Assembly (NCBI GenBank): GCA_963728205.1 | Contig: CAVSIV010000001.1 | Coordinates: 832,001-896,000 of the forward strand | From: an uncultured Chloroflexia bacterium | Lineage (GTDB): Bacteria; Chloroflexota; Dehalococcoidia; UBA2979 | Length of the DNA: 64,000 bases | Direction: 5' to 3' | Part shown: positions 11,862 through 21,681 of the stretch, in pieces | How positions within the stretch are numbered: the first letter of the stretch is position 1 | Layout: every line of letters begins with the position of its first letter | Made by a program: the position numbers and the translations under genes | The notes under the pieces: generated by a model | What the model was told of the DNA's origin: nothing | The model's input: the letters and a program-made list of their open reading frames with translations, nothing else | The model's database searches: none

Positions 11862-13160
11862 TCACGTATACCGCGTGAACCGCCGTCGGTAGGCCGATCG
11901 GACTCGCTCGTGGTCGTGCCTCGTAAGCGTGCTGAGTTCGCCCGTCTCGACGATGAGATCTGCCTGATGGCGCAGGGCAGTGACCGCCTCGGCGCGATCG
12001 GACGGATCGAGCGAGCGCGTCAGGAGGTGGAGTGTCTCCAACAGGTAGATCTGTACCGTTGGCATTCCCGCAGAGAACACCCGTATCTCGTCGAAGGCCA
12101 ACTCCACCAGTTCATCGTGCGTGATTGCTTCCGGCAACAGAAGCGATCGCCCGTCGGAACCCGACCGTCGACGGGATGGGGCCTCTCGGGCCAACATCTC
12201 TCGCACCACCGCACCGAGGTGAAACAGCGCATCCTGGGCGGTCGTCGGATCATTGATGCCGGGCGAAAGCGCCTTGAGCGCGACATCGGCGAGCTGCCTG
12301 ACGCCGTAGGTTGCGTCCTGCTGCATCGACCGCGTCTCACCCAGCATGATGTTGCGGAGGACGAAGCGACGGGCTCCGTCGGGGTCGTTCGGCGCGGGCC
12401 AGATAGTGCAAGCCTCCGTCCCGGGGATGGCAAAGCGCCCCGCAACTGTCGCCATCCGCAGGCACGAGCCTGGCTCGAGCCCTCCCAAGAGCGCTTCATG
12501 GTCAACCTGTTGGATCCAGCCTTCGGTCTCGAACGTAACGATGAATCCGTCTCCCGGAGGCACGTCGGCGTCGGGATCCTCCTTCGCCGTCCCTGACTCT
12601 GGCCACCCAGCGCGAACCGAGGTGAGCGCCTCTGTCGTGACTCGCTGGAGGATCTTGGAGACGTCCATGGAGTGTGCGCTATGGCTGATGAAGGAGACGA
12701 TCGACAGGACCGAGACCACCCCCAACACCACCGCGACCAGAATCGACAGGCTGGGTACGACGGATTGTCCGCTGGTTGCAAGTGGTCCGCGGACGGCCCG
12801 CAAGACGACCAGGCAGTACGTGAATGTTCCAATGACGATGCCCATGATCCGCTTGTTGAACGGGTCACGAAACAACCCCTGGACGACGCGGGGCGAATAC
12901 TGGCTGGATGCGAGGGATATCAGGAGGAGGCTCACGGAGAACGCGACACCAGCGAACGCAAGTGTGGCGCCGGCAACGACCGACAAGACGGATCGGGCGC
13001 TGTCAACCGTGGCGGTGAATCGGTGCGGGGCATTCCCGACCCGTGCGTCGATCAGCAGCATCACTTCGCCGAGTGCGACGGCGGTCAGCACAAAGACCAT
13101 AGGGACGAAGAACAGGCTGCTGCCGAGGCCATCCCGAAACCGTCGTACTCGCATCAGCAC
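11862..13160 (-). CDS. DUF2254 family membrane protein
   Basis: LASSQYSPR, QQDATYGVRQLADVALKALSPGINDPTTA signature. Confidence 0.9.
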   Translation of the reverse strand: MLMRVRRFRDGLGSSLFFVPMVFVLTAVALGEVMLLIDARVGNAPHRFTATVDSARSVLSVVAGATLAFAGVAFSVSLLLISLASSQYSPRVVQGLFRDPFNKRIMGIVIGTFTYCLVVLRAVRGPLATSGQSVVPSLSILVAVVLGVVSVLSIVSFISHSAHSMDVSKILQRVTTEALTSVRAGWPESGTAKEDPDADVPPGDGFIVTFETEGWIQQVDHEALLGGLEPGSCLRMATVAGRFAIPGTEACTIWPAPNDPDGARRFVLRNIMLGETRSMQQDATYGVRQLADVALKALSPGINDPTTAQDALFHLGAVVREMLAREAPSRRRSGSDGRSLLLPEAITHDELVELAFDEIRVFSAGMPTVQIYLLETLHLLTRSLDPSDRAEAVTALRHQADLIVETGELSTLTRHDHERVRSAYRRRFTRYT

Positions 13161-13787
13161 AGTTCGTCCTCATTTCCCGGTCGGGTGGCGGATTCCAGAA
13201 TGCCCGCCAGCCCCGTCACTGATTCTCGGTTCGGCGGGACGCGGGCGTAGCCGCCCGCCTTCATCAGACCGTGCCGCCGCCACCCGCATGCGCAACGCCG
13301 TTCGGGATTGATGCTTGTGACGAAGGCCGATCCCGAGAAGTTGTATGAGATCGCGGACATCGAGGCGGTCAGGCTCCAGCTGGCAAAGCGTGAGCCCGAT
13401 GGCGGCAGCCCCCACGCTGGCGCCATCGCACGAGTACATTCCGGGGCTGACTGCGGTCGACGTGACAGCGAACCTCGAACCCCGCGGGCTTACCTGTCGG
13501 GGTCCTCGGTCAGCGTCGCCGGCGCGAGATGGCGGCCGCAAGGGCGCGCCACGGCAGACGTGCTCCCTCCCCCGGGGGCGGGCGGCGAGGAGGGGATCAG
13601 TCCGTTGGCGCTACCAGGCAACAAGCCGGTCGTCGGGGGCTGACCAGTCCCACCCGCGTCTGTCGGGAGGCTCGCTGCGCGGTGCCAGGTTCGAAACTAC
13701 CTCTTGGCCGCGCTGGACCTGGCCATGCGGGAGATGATCAGGTCCGTCTCGGCGCCCGGGATCAGCCCAGTGGCAAGGGTCGCCGCC

Positions 13788-14528
13788 TCATCGGTGGGCG
13801 AGCAACAGTCCCAGCGCCAGCATCACCACCGCGCCCGACAGCAACTTGAGAGGTGTCTCCCACGTCGCGAGCACCTGTGCCGTCGACCAGTTCACCTCGT
13901 TGTCGACGCCACCGAGGATGAGCGCTGCCGTTGGTGCGCGCCTCCGCACATGTCGTGCCGGGGTACTGAGCGCACGCTGCGCCAGGCTCAGGAGCGTCGC
14001 GGCAACGGCGATGACGACGGGCGCGAGCGTGACCTCCTGGGTCTGTGACCAGTACCCGACGAGCACCGGGAAGCCGCCCCAGGCGACGGCGAACATCAAG
14101 TTCGTGTGCAGCCATCGGTGCCACCCCAGCGTGTAGCCGAGCATGAGCGTGACGCCAACGACGGCCCACGCAGCAGTCCACGGCGACAGGAGGATCACGC
14201 CGAGGACGGCGATCAGCGCACTGGCAGCGACACCCATCGTTCCGATTGCCAGCAACGCACCGCTGCTGAAACCCGTCCGCAGTGGCCGTCCGTTCCATTC
14301 GTCGAACGCGTGAGCGGCGATGGCGGTCCCAAAGATGAAGGCGAGTAATGCACCAGCGAGCTCCGGCCAGTGCCTCGTCGGGGCGACGGCCGCGCCGATG
14401 ACGAGGTACGAGAGGTGCCAGGCGGTATATGGGACATGCAGCAGCGCGACAATGTCTCCTGCCACGCTGCCACCGCTGACGTAGAAGGCCGGCGGCAGCA
14501 GCGGGACGCTCTGAGGCTCGTCGGTCAC
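13788..14528 (-). CDS. UbiA-superfamily-like membrane protein (246 aa)
   Basis: LLHVPYTAWHLSY, AHAFDE, FAVAWGGFPVLVGY; multiple TM helices; GTGA overlap with the corrected methyltransferase end. Confidence 0.65.
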   Translation of the reverse strand: MTDEPQSVPLLPPAFYVSGGSVAGDIVALLHVPYTAWHLSYLVIGAAVAPTRHWPELAGALLAFIFGTAIAAHAFDEWNGRPLRTGFSSGALLAIGTMGVAASALIAVLGVILLSPWTAAWAVVGVTLMLGYTLGWHRWLHTNLMFAVAWGGFPVLVGYWSQTQEVTLAPVVIAVAATLLSLAQRALSTPARHVRRRAPTAALILGGVDNEVNWSTAQVLATWETPLKLLSGAVVMLALGLLLAHR

Positions 14529-15219
14529 GCTCGACGCGCCCACATCAGTAGTCCTCCCCGCAGAGAAGGACTCGCGGTCCGCAGTCCACAAACCCGGCGC
14601 GCTGCCACAGCGCCGGGAGGGCGTCGGATGGGAACGTGTCGTGGAACGTGTCGATGCTGGGGCCGAGGAAGGCCCCGACGCGCGACCAGCCAGGCCCCGC
14701 GAGCATCCCGGCGGTGGGAAGGCCGATCCGCGTGTAGCACCACCAGAGCGGACGCCACGCCCCGCGTGGACGGCCGAATTCGACCATGCCAATCGTCCCG
14801 CCCGGCCTGAGCACGCGGCTGAACTCCTGCATCACGGCCAGCGGATCGGACACATAGCGCAACAGATAGCCGAAGGTCAGCGCATCGAACGAGGCGTCCG
14901 GAAACGGCAATGCCTCGGCTGTTGCGCGCACGGCCCGGGCGCCTCGGTCCCTGGCGGCGGCGAGCATCTCGGCGCTCAGGTCGAGCGAGATGACGGTGTG
15001 TCCGTCATGTTGAAGCAGTCGTGTGATCAGTCCGGTGCCCGCGGCCACATCCAGGACGCGCGCCCCGGGGGCGAGATCGAGGCCGCCGACCATCCTGGCG
15101 CGCCAGCGCGGGTCTTGCAGCATGCTCAGCCAGGCTGACCAGCGCTCGTAATTCGTCGCGATCGGCGCGAATAACTCCAGAGCTGCCCGGTTCCCCGGAG
15201 AGATCGGCTCGTTGTTCAT
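14525..15219 (-). CDS. UbiE/MenG-like SAM-dependent methyltransferase, frameshifted near the C-terminus (~14580)
   Basis: VLDVAAGTG, AEALPFPDASFD, RVLRPGG; the alternate frame supplies a GGLLMWARRA* end that couples to the next gene. Confidence 0.8.
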
Positions 15220-15387
15220 CGAAAGAGCGTAGCGTTGCCACCCGATGGAATCCTTCCGGCTGACGACGCTCATCTGAAGTTCCCCAGACCTGCTCACTGA
15301 AATTCCCCACCTCCCAGGCGGTGTGGTCCCTGCAGGGGCTGCTCTCGATGCTGACGCTGCGGCGGCGGCAGCGAGGAGCCGAGGACC

Positions 15388-16680
15388 GTGCTGCGATGGG
15401 AGGAAGACGTGGAAGCACACGCGCTGCGCCGACGGGGTTGGACGATCGCGGCGATCGCTCGACACCTCGGGCGCGACCGCAAGACCGTGCGGGCCTACCT
15501 GCGCGGAGACCGCGAGCCGGGGAAGCGGCAGCGCGCGGGGACGGACGAGTTCGAGCCGTTCGTCGCGTACGTCGGTGAGCGCCTGCGCGAGGACCCGCAC
15601 CTGTGGGCGAGCGTGCTCTACGACGAGGTCGTCGCGCTCGGCTATCCGCGCTCGTACCCGTCGTTCACGCGCTCGCTGCGCGATCGCAGACTGCGCCCGC
15701 CGTGCCTCGCCTGCGCCGGCGTGAAGGGTCGAGTGACGGTCGAGATTGCCCACCCGCCCGGGGACGAGATGCAGTGGGACTGGCTCGATCTCGGCGAGGC
15801 GCCGTGGGGCGGCAAGGCGATCCTGCTGGTCGCGGCGCTCTCGGCATCGGGCCGGGTGCGCGCGGTCTTCGCCGATGGGCAGGACCAGGCGCACGTCGTC
15901 GAGGGCATCGACGCCGTGCTGCGCCGCTTCGGCGGAACCGCGCGGCGCTGGCGCTTCGATCGCATGACCGGCGTCGTCGACACGCGCACCGGCAAGGTGC
16001 TCGCGAGCTTCGCCGCGGTCGCGAAGTACTACGGTGTCGGCATCGACGTCTGCCCGCCGCGAGCCGGCAACCGCAAGGGCGTGGTCGAGGCCGCCAACCG
16101 CTTCCTGCAGCGACGCTGGTGGCGCACCGCCCGCGTCTCCACTCAGCAGGAGGCGCAGGCCGCGCTCGACCGCTTTACGTCGACGACCGCCGACGGACGC
16201 CGGCGGGGGGACCAGCTCATCCGCGTGCTCGCCGAGGCCGAGCCGCTGCTGCCGCTCCCGGCCGAACCCTACCCGGCTACGCTCGAGGTCGAGCGCACCG
16301 TCGGCGCCTCCGCGCTCGTCGCCTTCCGCGGCAACCGCTACTCGGTGCCGCCCGGGCTCGCCGGGGCCACGGTCATCCTGCGCCAGCGCCTGGACGAGCC
16401 TCGCCTACGGGTGCTCACCACCGACGGCGTCATCGTGGCGGAGCACGACCTCGCGCGAGCGGGTGCGGGGCAGCTCGTGCGCAGCACTGAGCACGCCCAG
16501 GCGCTGGAGCACGCGGTGCTCGAGCGCTTCACGTCCGACCCGCCGTGCCGGCGCAAGGCGAACCGGCCACCGGGGTCGGCGGCGCTCGCAGAGGCGGCGA
16601 AGCTGCGCCCCGACGTGCCCGGTGCCGTCGTGCACATCGACCTCGCCCGCTGGGCACGCGCGGCGGAGGCGGCACGGTGA
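15388..16680 (+). CDS. istA: IS21 transposase
   Basis: N-terminal HTH (IARHLGRDRKTVR), QWDW, FDRM, KGVVE, GNRYSVP. Confidence 0.93.
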   Translation: MLRWEEDVEAHALRRRGWTIAAIARHLGRDRKTVRAYLRGDREPGKRQRAGTDEFEPFVAYVGERLREDPHLWASVLYDEVVALGYPRSYPSFTRSLRDRRLRPPCLACAGVKGRVTVEIAHPPGDEMQWDWLDLGEAPWGGKAILLVAALSASGRVRAVFADGQDQAHVVEGIDAVLRRFGGTARRWRFDRMTGVVDTRTGKVLASFAAVAKYYGVGIDVCPPRAGNRKGVVEAANRFLQRRWWRTARVSTQQEAQAALDRFTSTTADGRRRGDQLIRVLAEAEPLLPLPAEPYPATLEVERTVGASALVAFRGNRYSVPPGLAGATVILRQRLDEPRLRVLTTDGVIVAEHDLARAGAGQLVRSTEHAQALEHAVLERFTSDPPCRRKANRPPGSAALAEAAKLRPDVPGAVVHIDLARWARAAEAAR

Positions 16681-17468
16681 CGGAGGCGCAGACCTATCAG
16701 CAGCTGCGTGCGCACCTCGCGTACCTGCGGCTCGACGCCGCGGCCGAGGCCCTGGCGCAGGAGCTCGACGCGGCGCGCGCGGGCAAGCTCTCGCATACCG
16801 TCTTCCTCGAGCACCTGCTCGGTATCGAGGTCACGGCGACCAGCGAGCGTCGGCGCGCCGGCCGTCTGCGCCTCGCCGGCTTCCCCGCCCCCTGGCGGCT
16901 CGAGGACTTCGACTTCGACGCGCAGCCCGGCCTCGACCGCGCGCTCGTCACCGACCTCGCGACGCTGCGCTTCGTCGACGACGCCGCGAACGTGCTCTTC
17001 ATCGGACCACCCGGCGTCGGCAAGACGCACCTGGCGATCGCGCTCGGCCACCTCGCGATCGACGCCGGCCATCGCGTCTACTACACGACCGCCGCCGACC
17101 TCGCGGCGCGCTGCCACCGCGCCGCGATCGAGGGCCGCTGGGCCAACACGATGCGCTTCTTCGCGGCGCCGCAGCTGCTCATCGTCGACGAGCTTGGGTA
17201 CCTACCCCTGCCGCCCGAGGCCGCCTCCGCGCTCTTCCAGGTCGTGGCCCGGCGCTACCTCAAGGGCAGCATCGTGCTGACCACCAACCGCGGCATCACC
17301 GAGTGGGGCGAGATCTTCGACGACTCCACCGTCGCCGCCGCCATGCTCGACCGCCTGCTGCACCGAGCGACCGTCGTCGCGATCGACGGCGAGAGCTACC
17401 GCCTGCGCACGCACCAGGCACGCATCGACCAGCTCCGAAAGGGGATCGCGCCCGTGACCAAACGCTAG
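16677..17468 (+). CDS. istB: IS21 helper AAA+ ATPase
   Basis: GPPGVGKT Walker A, LLIVDELGY Walker B, AMLDRLLH, GESYR; GTGA overlap with istA. Confidence 0.95.
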   Translation: MTEAQTYQQLRAHLAYLRLDAAAEALAQELDAARAGKLSHTVFLEHLLGIEVTATSERRRAGRLRLAGFPAPWRLEDFDFDAQPGLDRALVTDLATLRFVDDAANVLFIGPPGVGKTHLAIALGHLAIDAGHRVYYTTAADLAARCHRAAIEGRWANTMRFFAAPQLLIVDELGYLPLPPEAASALFQVVARRYLKGSIVLTTNRGITEWGEIFDDSTVAAAMLDRLLHRATVVAIDGESYRLRTHQARIDQLRKGIAPVTKR

Positions 17469-17912
17469 GATGAAGCTCGATCACCCGCCCGCGAGGTGGG
17501 GAATTTCGATGAGCGACCCTGGGGAATTTCGCTGAGCCGCGTCACGGCCGACGGTAGCGCGCGTACTCGTGGTGATCGGGAATGGCGCGGCGACACCGCC
17601 AGTAGGGTGCAGGGTGAGCGACGGAGCCAGAGCGCCGCCGGTGTCACGTACGATCGCTGGATTGCACCGAAGGTGGACAGAGAGGCGTCGCGTGTCAGGG
17701 CGACAAGCAACCCGCTGCTCGCGCAAGCGGGGTAGGCGGGCCGCGGCGACTAGCGGTGCTGCCGCAGCCTCATCGTCTCGTCTCAGACTCATGGCGAGCC
17801 GGACGGCTTGATGACGTTGTCCAGGGCCGGACAATGTCACCTGACATGGCCGAGTTACTGTCCGTTTAGGGATAAAGGAAACCCGCTGCAGCCTGCTCGG
17901 CTCAGCGGGTGA

Positions 17913-17989
17913 TGGCGACCCCGATCGGATTCGAACCGACGATCTCCACCGTGACAGGGTGGCGTGTTAGGCCGCTACACTACGGGGCC
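17913..17989 (-). tRNA. tRNA-Asp(GTC)
   Basis: GGCCCCG/CGGGGTC acceptor stem, GTC anticodon, GGTTCGAATCC T-arm, encoded CCA. Confidence 0.97.
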
Positions 17990-18105
17990 GCGTGAGTGTC
18001 GTCTCAGGTTAGATGCCGCCCCGAGCAGGGTCAACGAACGCCGTCACGCGGCTCGCCTTCCGCCCTGCGCGACGCCCCCGTACACTCGGCTCCGGAGGCC
18101 AGCGC

Positions 18106-18375
18106 ATGCCCAGCAACCCCCGCAGCCGCCGCACGCGCATCCCACGCCGCCTGCCGCCGCGCCCTGTCGTCGGCACCGGCGCACCGGCCGAGCCCGCCGT
18201 CGGCGCGGTCCCGCAACCGCGCACCCGGGCGCAGTCGGAGCGGATGCTGCGGTCGTCGCGGCTGATCGAGCGCGAGACGCCCTACGTGATGCGCGAGCTG
18301 CGCCGCGTCGGCGGCGTGAGCATCGTGACGTTTGGCCTGCTCTTCATCCTCGCGATCATCGAGCACGTCCGCTAG
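18106..18375 (+). CDS. small membrane protein (89 aa)
   Basis: GGAGG RBS; YVMRELRRVG followed by one C-terminal TM helix. Confidence 0.7.
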   Translation: MPSNPRSRRTRIPRRLPPRPVVGTGAPAEPAVGAVPQPRTRAQSERMLRSSRLIERETPYVMRELRRVGGVSIVTFGLLFILAIIEHVR

Positions 18376-18387
18376 CAGCACCGGTCG

Positions 18388-18909
18388 CTAGCGGAGCCGC
18401 CCCCACGCCGAGACGGCCGCGACCACCAGCGCGAAGATGCCCACGACGTCCTGCGCCGCCAGGTGCAGCGGCACGCCGCTGATCAGCAGGCGCAGCGCCG
18501 CCGCGAGCACGATGCCCAGCACCGCGATCACCTGCATCGGCACGCCGCGCTTGCGGTGCGTCGCCCAGAGCAGCGCCTCACCCATCGCGGCGCCGGCGCC
18601 GAGGCCGCCCAGCAGCCCGATCGCGAGCAGGATGAAGCCGGCGCTGCGGCTCGGCGGCAGCAGGAATGCGCCGACGTATCCCAGCGGCAGCGCGACGATC
18701 ACGGCGGCGACGATCGCGCGCAGGTAGTCGGTCGGCGCGAGCTCGTACATCACGGGGCGGCGCAGCCGCGCGCAGTTGGGGCAGCGTATGCCGCCGGGCG
18801 TATGCACCATGCAGCGCGGGCAGATCGCGACGCCGCACCGTCCGCACGTGATCACCGTCTCGGTGTGGTGGCGTGCGCAGTACATCACCGGCTCGGTGGT
18901 CTCGTTCAT
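18388..18909 (-). CDS. B-box-type zinc-finger membrane protein
   Basis: CARH...CGRC...CPRC...CPNC followed by four TM helices. Confidence 0.8.
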   Translation of the reverse strand: MNETTEPVMYCARHHTETVITCGRCGVAICPRCMVHTPGGIRCPNCARLRRPVMYELAPTDYLRAIVAAVIVALPLGYVGAFLLPPSRSAGFILLAIGLLGGLGAGAAMGEALLWATHRKRGVPMQVIAVLGIVLAAALRLLISGVPLHLAAQDVVGIFALVVAAVSAWGRLR

Positions 18910-19865
18910 GCCGATGCGTCCCCGTCCCCATCCCCGGCCGCGTGCTCCGCCGCCTCACCCGCGCCGGGCGCAGGAGCCGGGACGCGGCACCCTGCGGCGG
19001 TCGCCGCGTCGAGCACGCGCTGCACGGCCGCCGCCGCCAGCGGGATGTCCCCCGGCGCGCGCTCCTCGGCGCGGTCGAACGCATGAAAGTCTGAGCCCCC
19101 GGTCGGGATGAGATCCAGCCGGTCCGCGAGTGCGCGCAGCGACGCGACCAGCTCGGACGGGTAGTGGCGGTAGTAGACCTCGAGGCCGAACAGCCCCGCC
19201 GCCGCCAGCCGTTCGGCGATCGCTTCGTAGCCGTCGCCGCTGAACGGCGGGTGTGCGAAGACCGCCACGCCGCCCGCCGCGCGGATCAGCGCGATGCCCG
19301 CCTCCGGCTCGAGCCGGTCGCGCTCGACGAACGCCGGCCGGCCAAACGCGAGAAAGCGGTCGAACGCCTCCTCGATCGTCGCGACGTGACCGGCCTCGAC
19401 GAGCGCCCGCGCGACGTGTGGCCGGCCCACCGATGCCTCGCCGGCGAACGCCTCGACGCGCGCCCAGTCGACAGGCACCCCCTCGCGGGCGAGCACCGCG
19501 GTCATCCGCTGCGCACGCTCGATGCGGCCCTCGCGCAGCCCGCGCAGCCGCGCCTGGAGGGGCGCGTCGGTGGGGTCGATGAAGAGCCCGAGCATGTGCA
19601 GCTCGGCACCCGGGATGTCGCACGCCAGCTCCACGCCGGGAACCAGCCGCAGGCCGGGGCACGCCGCGGCGGCGGCGGTCGCTTCCGACAGCCCGTCGGT
19701 CGTGTCGTGATCGGTGAGCGCGAGGACGCGGACGCCGCGGCCGTACGCGAGGCGCACGAGCTCGGCGGGTGCGACGCGCCCGTCGGAGGCGGTGGAATGG
19801 CAGTGGAAATCGCCGATGCCGTAGCCGCCGCTCCCGGCCCTCCCGTCGGCGGCGCCGTCCGGCAT
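18906..19865 (-). CDS. PHP domain protein
   Basis: DFHCHSTASDG, LTDHDT, GRPHVA, AHP, GGSDFH. Confidence 0.92.
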   Translation of the reverse strand: MPDGAADGRAGSGGYGIGDFHCHSTASDGRVAPAELVRLAYGRGVRVLALTDHDTTDGLSEATAAAAACPGLRLVPGVELACDIPGAELHMLGLFIDPTDAPLQARLRGLREGRIERAQRMTAVLAREGVPVDWARVEAFAGEASVGRPHVARALVEAGHVATIEEAFDRFLAFGRPAFVERDRLEPEAGIALIRAAGGVAVFAHPPFSGDGYEAIAERLAAAGLFGLEVYYRHYPSELVASLRALADRLDLIPTGGSDFHAFDRAEERAPGDIPLAAAAVQRVLDAATAAGCRVPAPAPGAGEAAEHAAGDGDGDASA

Positions 19866-19871
19866 GGCCGC

Positions 19872-21401
19872 CTAGTGCGCCGTCGCCGAGGCGCGCGTCT
19901 CGCGCACGACGGTCACCCGGATCTCGCCGGGGTACTGCATCGTCTCCTCGATCTTGCGCGAGACGTCCCGTGCCAGGCGCGTCGCGCCCAGGTCGTCGAC
20001 CTGCTCGGGGCGCACGATGATGCGGATCTCGCGGCCGGCCTGCACGGCGAACGACGACTCGACGCCGTCGAACGAGTTCGCGATCGCCTCGAGCGACTCG
20101 AGACGCTTCACGTACTCGTCGATCGACTCGCGTCGCGCGCCGGGGCGGCTGCCCGAGATGGCGTCGGCGATCATCACGAGGACCGCCTCGGTCGTCTCCG
20201 GCCGCACTTCCTCGTGGTGCGCCTCGATGCAGTGCACGACGTCGCGCGGGACGTTGAAGCGTCGCGCGATCTCCGCGCCGAGGAGCGCGTGCGTGCCCTC
20301 CATCTCGCGGTCGAGCGCCTTGCCGAGGTCGTGCAGCAGCCCGCCCGCGCGCGCCACCTCGACGTTGGCTCCGATCTCGTGTGCGAGCGCGGCAGCGAGC
20401 CAGCCGGTCTCGATGCAGTGCCGCAGCTGGTTCTGGCCGTAGGAGAAGCGGAACCGCAGCTTGCCGAGCGTCTTCACGATCTCCGGGTGCAGGCCGGTGA
20501 CCTCGGCGTCGATGATGGCCTGCTCGCCGGCCTCCTCGACCATGCGATCGACCTCGCGCCGGGCGCGGTTCACGGCATCCTCGATGCGCGTCGGCTGGAT
20601 GCGGCCGTCCTGGATCAGGCGGGCGAGCGCGACGCGCGCGACCTCGCGCCGCACCGGGTCGAAGCCCGACACGGTCACGGCCTCGGGGGTGTCGTCGATG
20701 ATCAGGTCGCAGCCGGTGGCGGCCTCGAAGGCGCGGATGTTGCGGCCCTCGCGGCCGATGATGCGGCCCTTCAGGTCGTCGGAGGGGAGCGGGACGACGG
20801 TGACGGTCGTCTCGGCGGTGATCTCGCTGGTCATGCGCTGCATCACGGTGGCGAGCACCTTGCGGCCGCGCGCGTCGGCCTCGGCCTTCGCCGACGTCTC
20901 CATTGCGCGCACGCGCCGTGCGGCCTCGTCGCGCAGCTCGGCGTCGAGCTGCTGGAGCAACTCGGCGCGAGCCTCGTCCGTGGTCAGCCCAGCGACGCGC
21001 TCCAGCTCGGCGCGGGCGGCGTTGCGGGTCTCGGTGATCTCGCGCTCGTCACGCTCGACGTGCGCCTGGCGCTCGCGGACCTGCTGTTCGCTGCGCTCGA
21101 CGGCGTCGGCCCGGCGCTCGAGGGCCTCCTCGCGCTGCTCGAGGCGGCGCTCGGAGCGGTTCAGCTCGCGCCTCTGCTCGCGCAGCTCGCGCTCGGCCTC
21201 TTCGCGGCGTGCCAACGCAGCCTTCTCGGCATCGACGTCGGCCTTGCGAATGCGGGTCTCCGCCTCGTCGACGATGCGGCGCGCCTCTTCTTGGGCGCGG
21301 TTCCGCACGCTTCCGGCGCTGTTCGACAGGTAGAGGTACGCGGCGATCGCGCCGACGACGAGCCCGCCGACCGCGGCAAGCGCAAGCAGAGGAGCATCCA
21401 T
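19872..21401 (-). CDS. rny: ribonuclease Y
   Basis: N-terminal TM, coiled coil, KH (KGRIIGREGRNI), HD domain (LLHDLGK). Confidence 0.97.
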   Translation of the reverse strand: MDAPLLALAAVGGLVVGAIAAYLYLSNSAGSVRNRAQEEARRIVDEAETRIRKADVDAEKAALARREEAERELREQRRELNRSERRLEQREEALERRADAVERSEQQVRERQAHVERDEREITETRNAARAELERVAGLTTDEARAELLQQLDAELRDEAARRVRAMETSAKAEADARGRKVLATVMQRMTSEITAETTVTVVPLPSDDLKGRIIGREGRNIRAFEAATGCDLIIDDTPEAVTVSGFDPVRREVARVALARLIQDGRIQPTRIEDAVNRARREVDRMVEEAGEQAIIDAEVTGLHPEIVKTLGKLRFRFSYGQNQLRHCIETGWLAAALAHEIGANVEVARAGGLLHDLGKALDREMEGTHALLGAEIARRFNVPRDVVHCIEAHHEEVRPETTEAVLVMIADAISGSRPGARRESIDEYVKRLESLEAIANSFDGVESSFAVQAGREIRIIVRPEQVDDLGATRLARDVSRKIEETMQYPGEIRVTVVRETRASATAH

Positions 21402-21409
21402 GGGAGGGT

Positions 21410-21539
21410 CTCCGATTCGCGGTTCGACCCTGCGCCACCGAGTGCACTGACAGGGAGTCGGGCGGCGTCGCAACGGGCCGGGCAGGTCGTAATTGGTCGA
21501 CTACGCCGGTTCAGCGTCCCGTGCGGGCGCGAACCGGAG
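21410..21539 (-). ncRNA. candidate structured 5' leader of rny
   Basis: 12-bp closing stem CTCCGGTTCGCG/CGCGAATCGGAG with 3-4 internal hairpins, downstream of an extended -10 TGtTAGGAT (21551-21559). Confidence 0.45.
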
Positions 21540-21681
21540 TCGTTGACCGCATCCTAACACTCCCGCGACGGGCGATGCGAGCGGTGATGTCGTTCGCATC
21601 ACAAACGCTCGGATCAGCTCGCAAGCGTAACTGCGGACGAGAACGGGTATGAAGACGGAGAGTGAGCGTTCCGGTACCCGC

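Larger units (their letters stand above)
15261..17544 (+). mobile_element. IS21 family insertion sequence
   Basis: TG...CA ends; ~50-bp imperfect terminal inverted repeats with two internal GAA(A/G)TTCCCCA repeats; 4-bp CGGC target duplication; istA-istB. Confidence 0.93.
11514..17943. mobile_element. genomic island integrated at the 3' end of tRNA-Asp (no integrase left)
   Basis: 62-bp imperfect direct repeat 11514-11575 / 17882-17943 (tRNA 3' end plus downstream hairpin); cargo visibly more AT-rich than the flanks. Confidence 0.8.

Noticed and set aside
13308-13643. 111-aa ORF inside the island
   Set aside because: No recognisable motif or RBS; may be a gene remnant but cannot be supported
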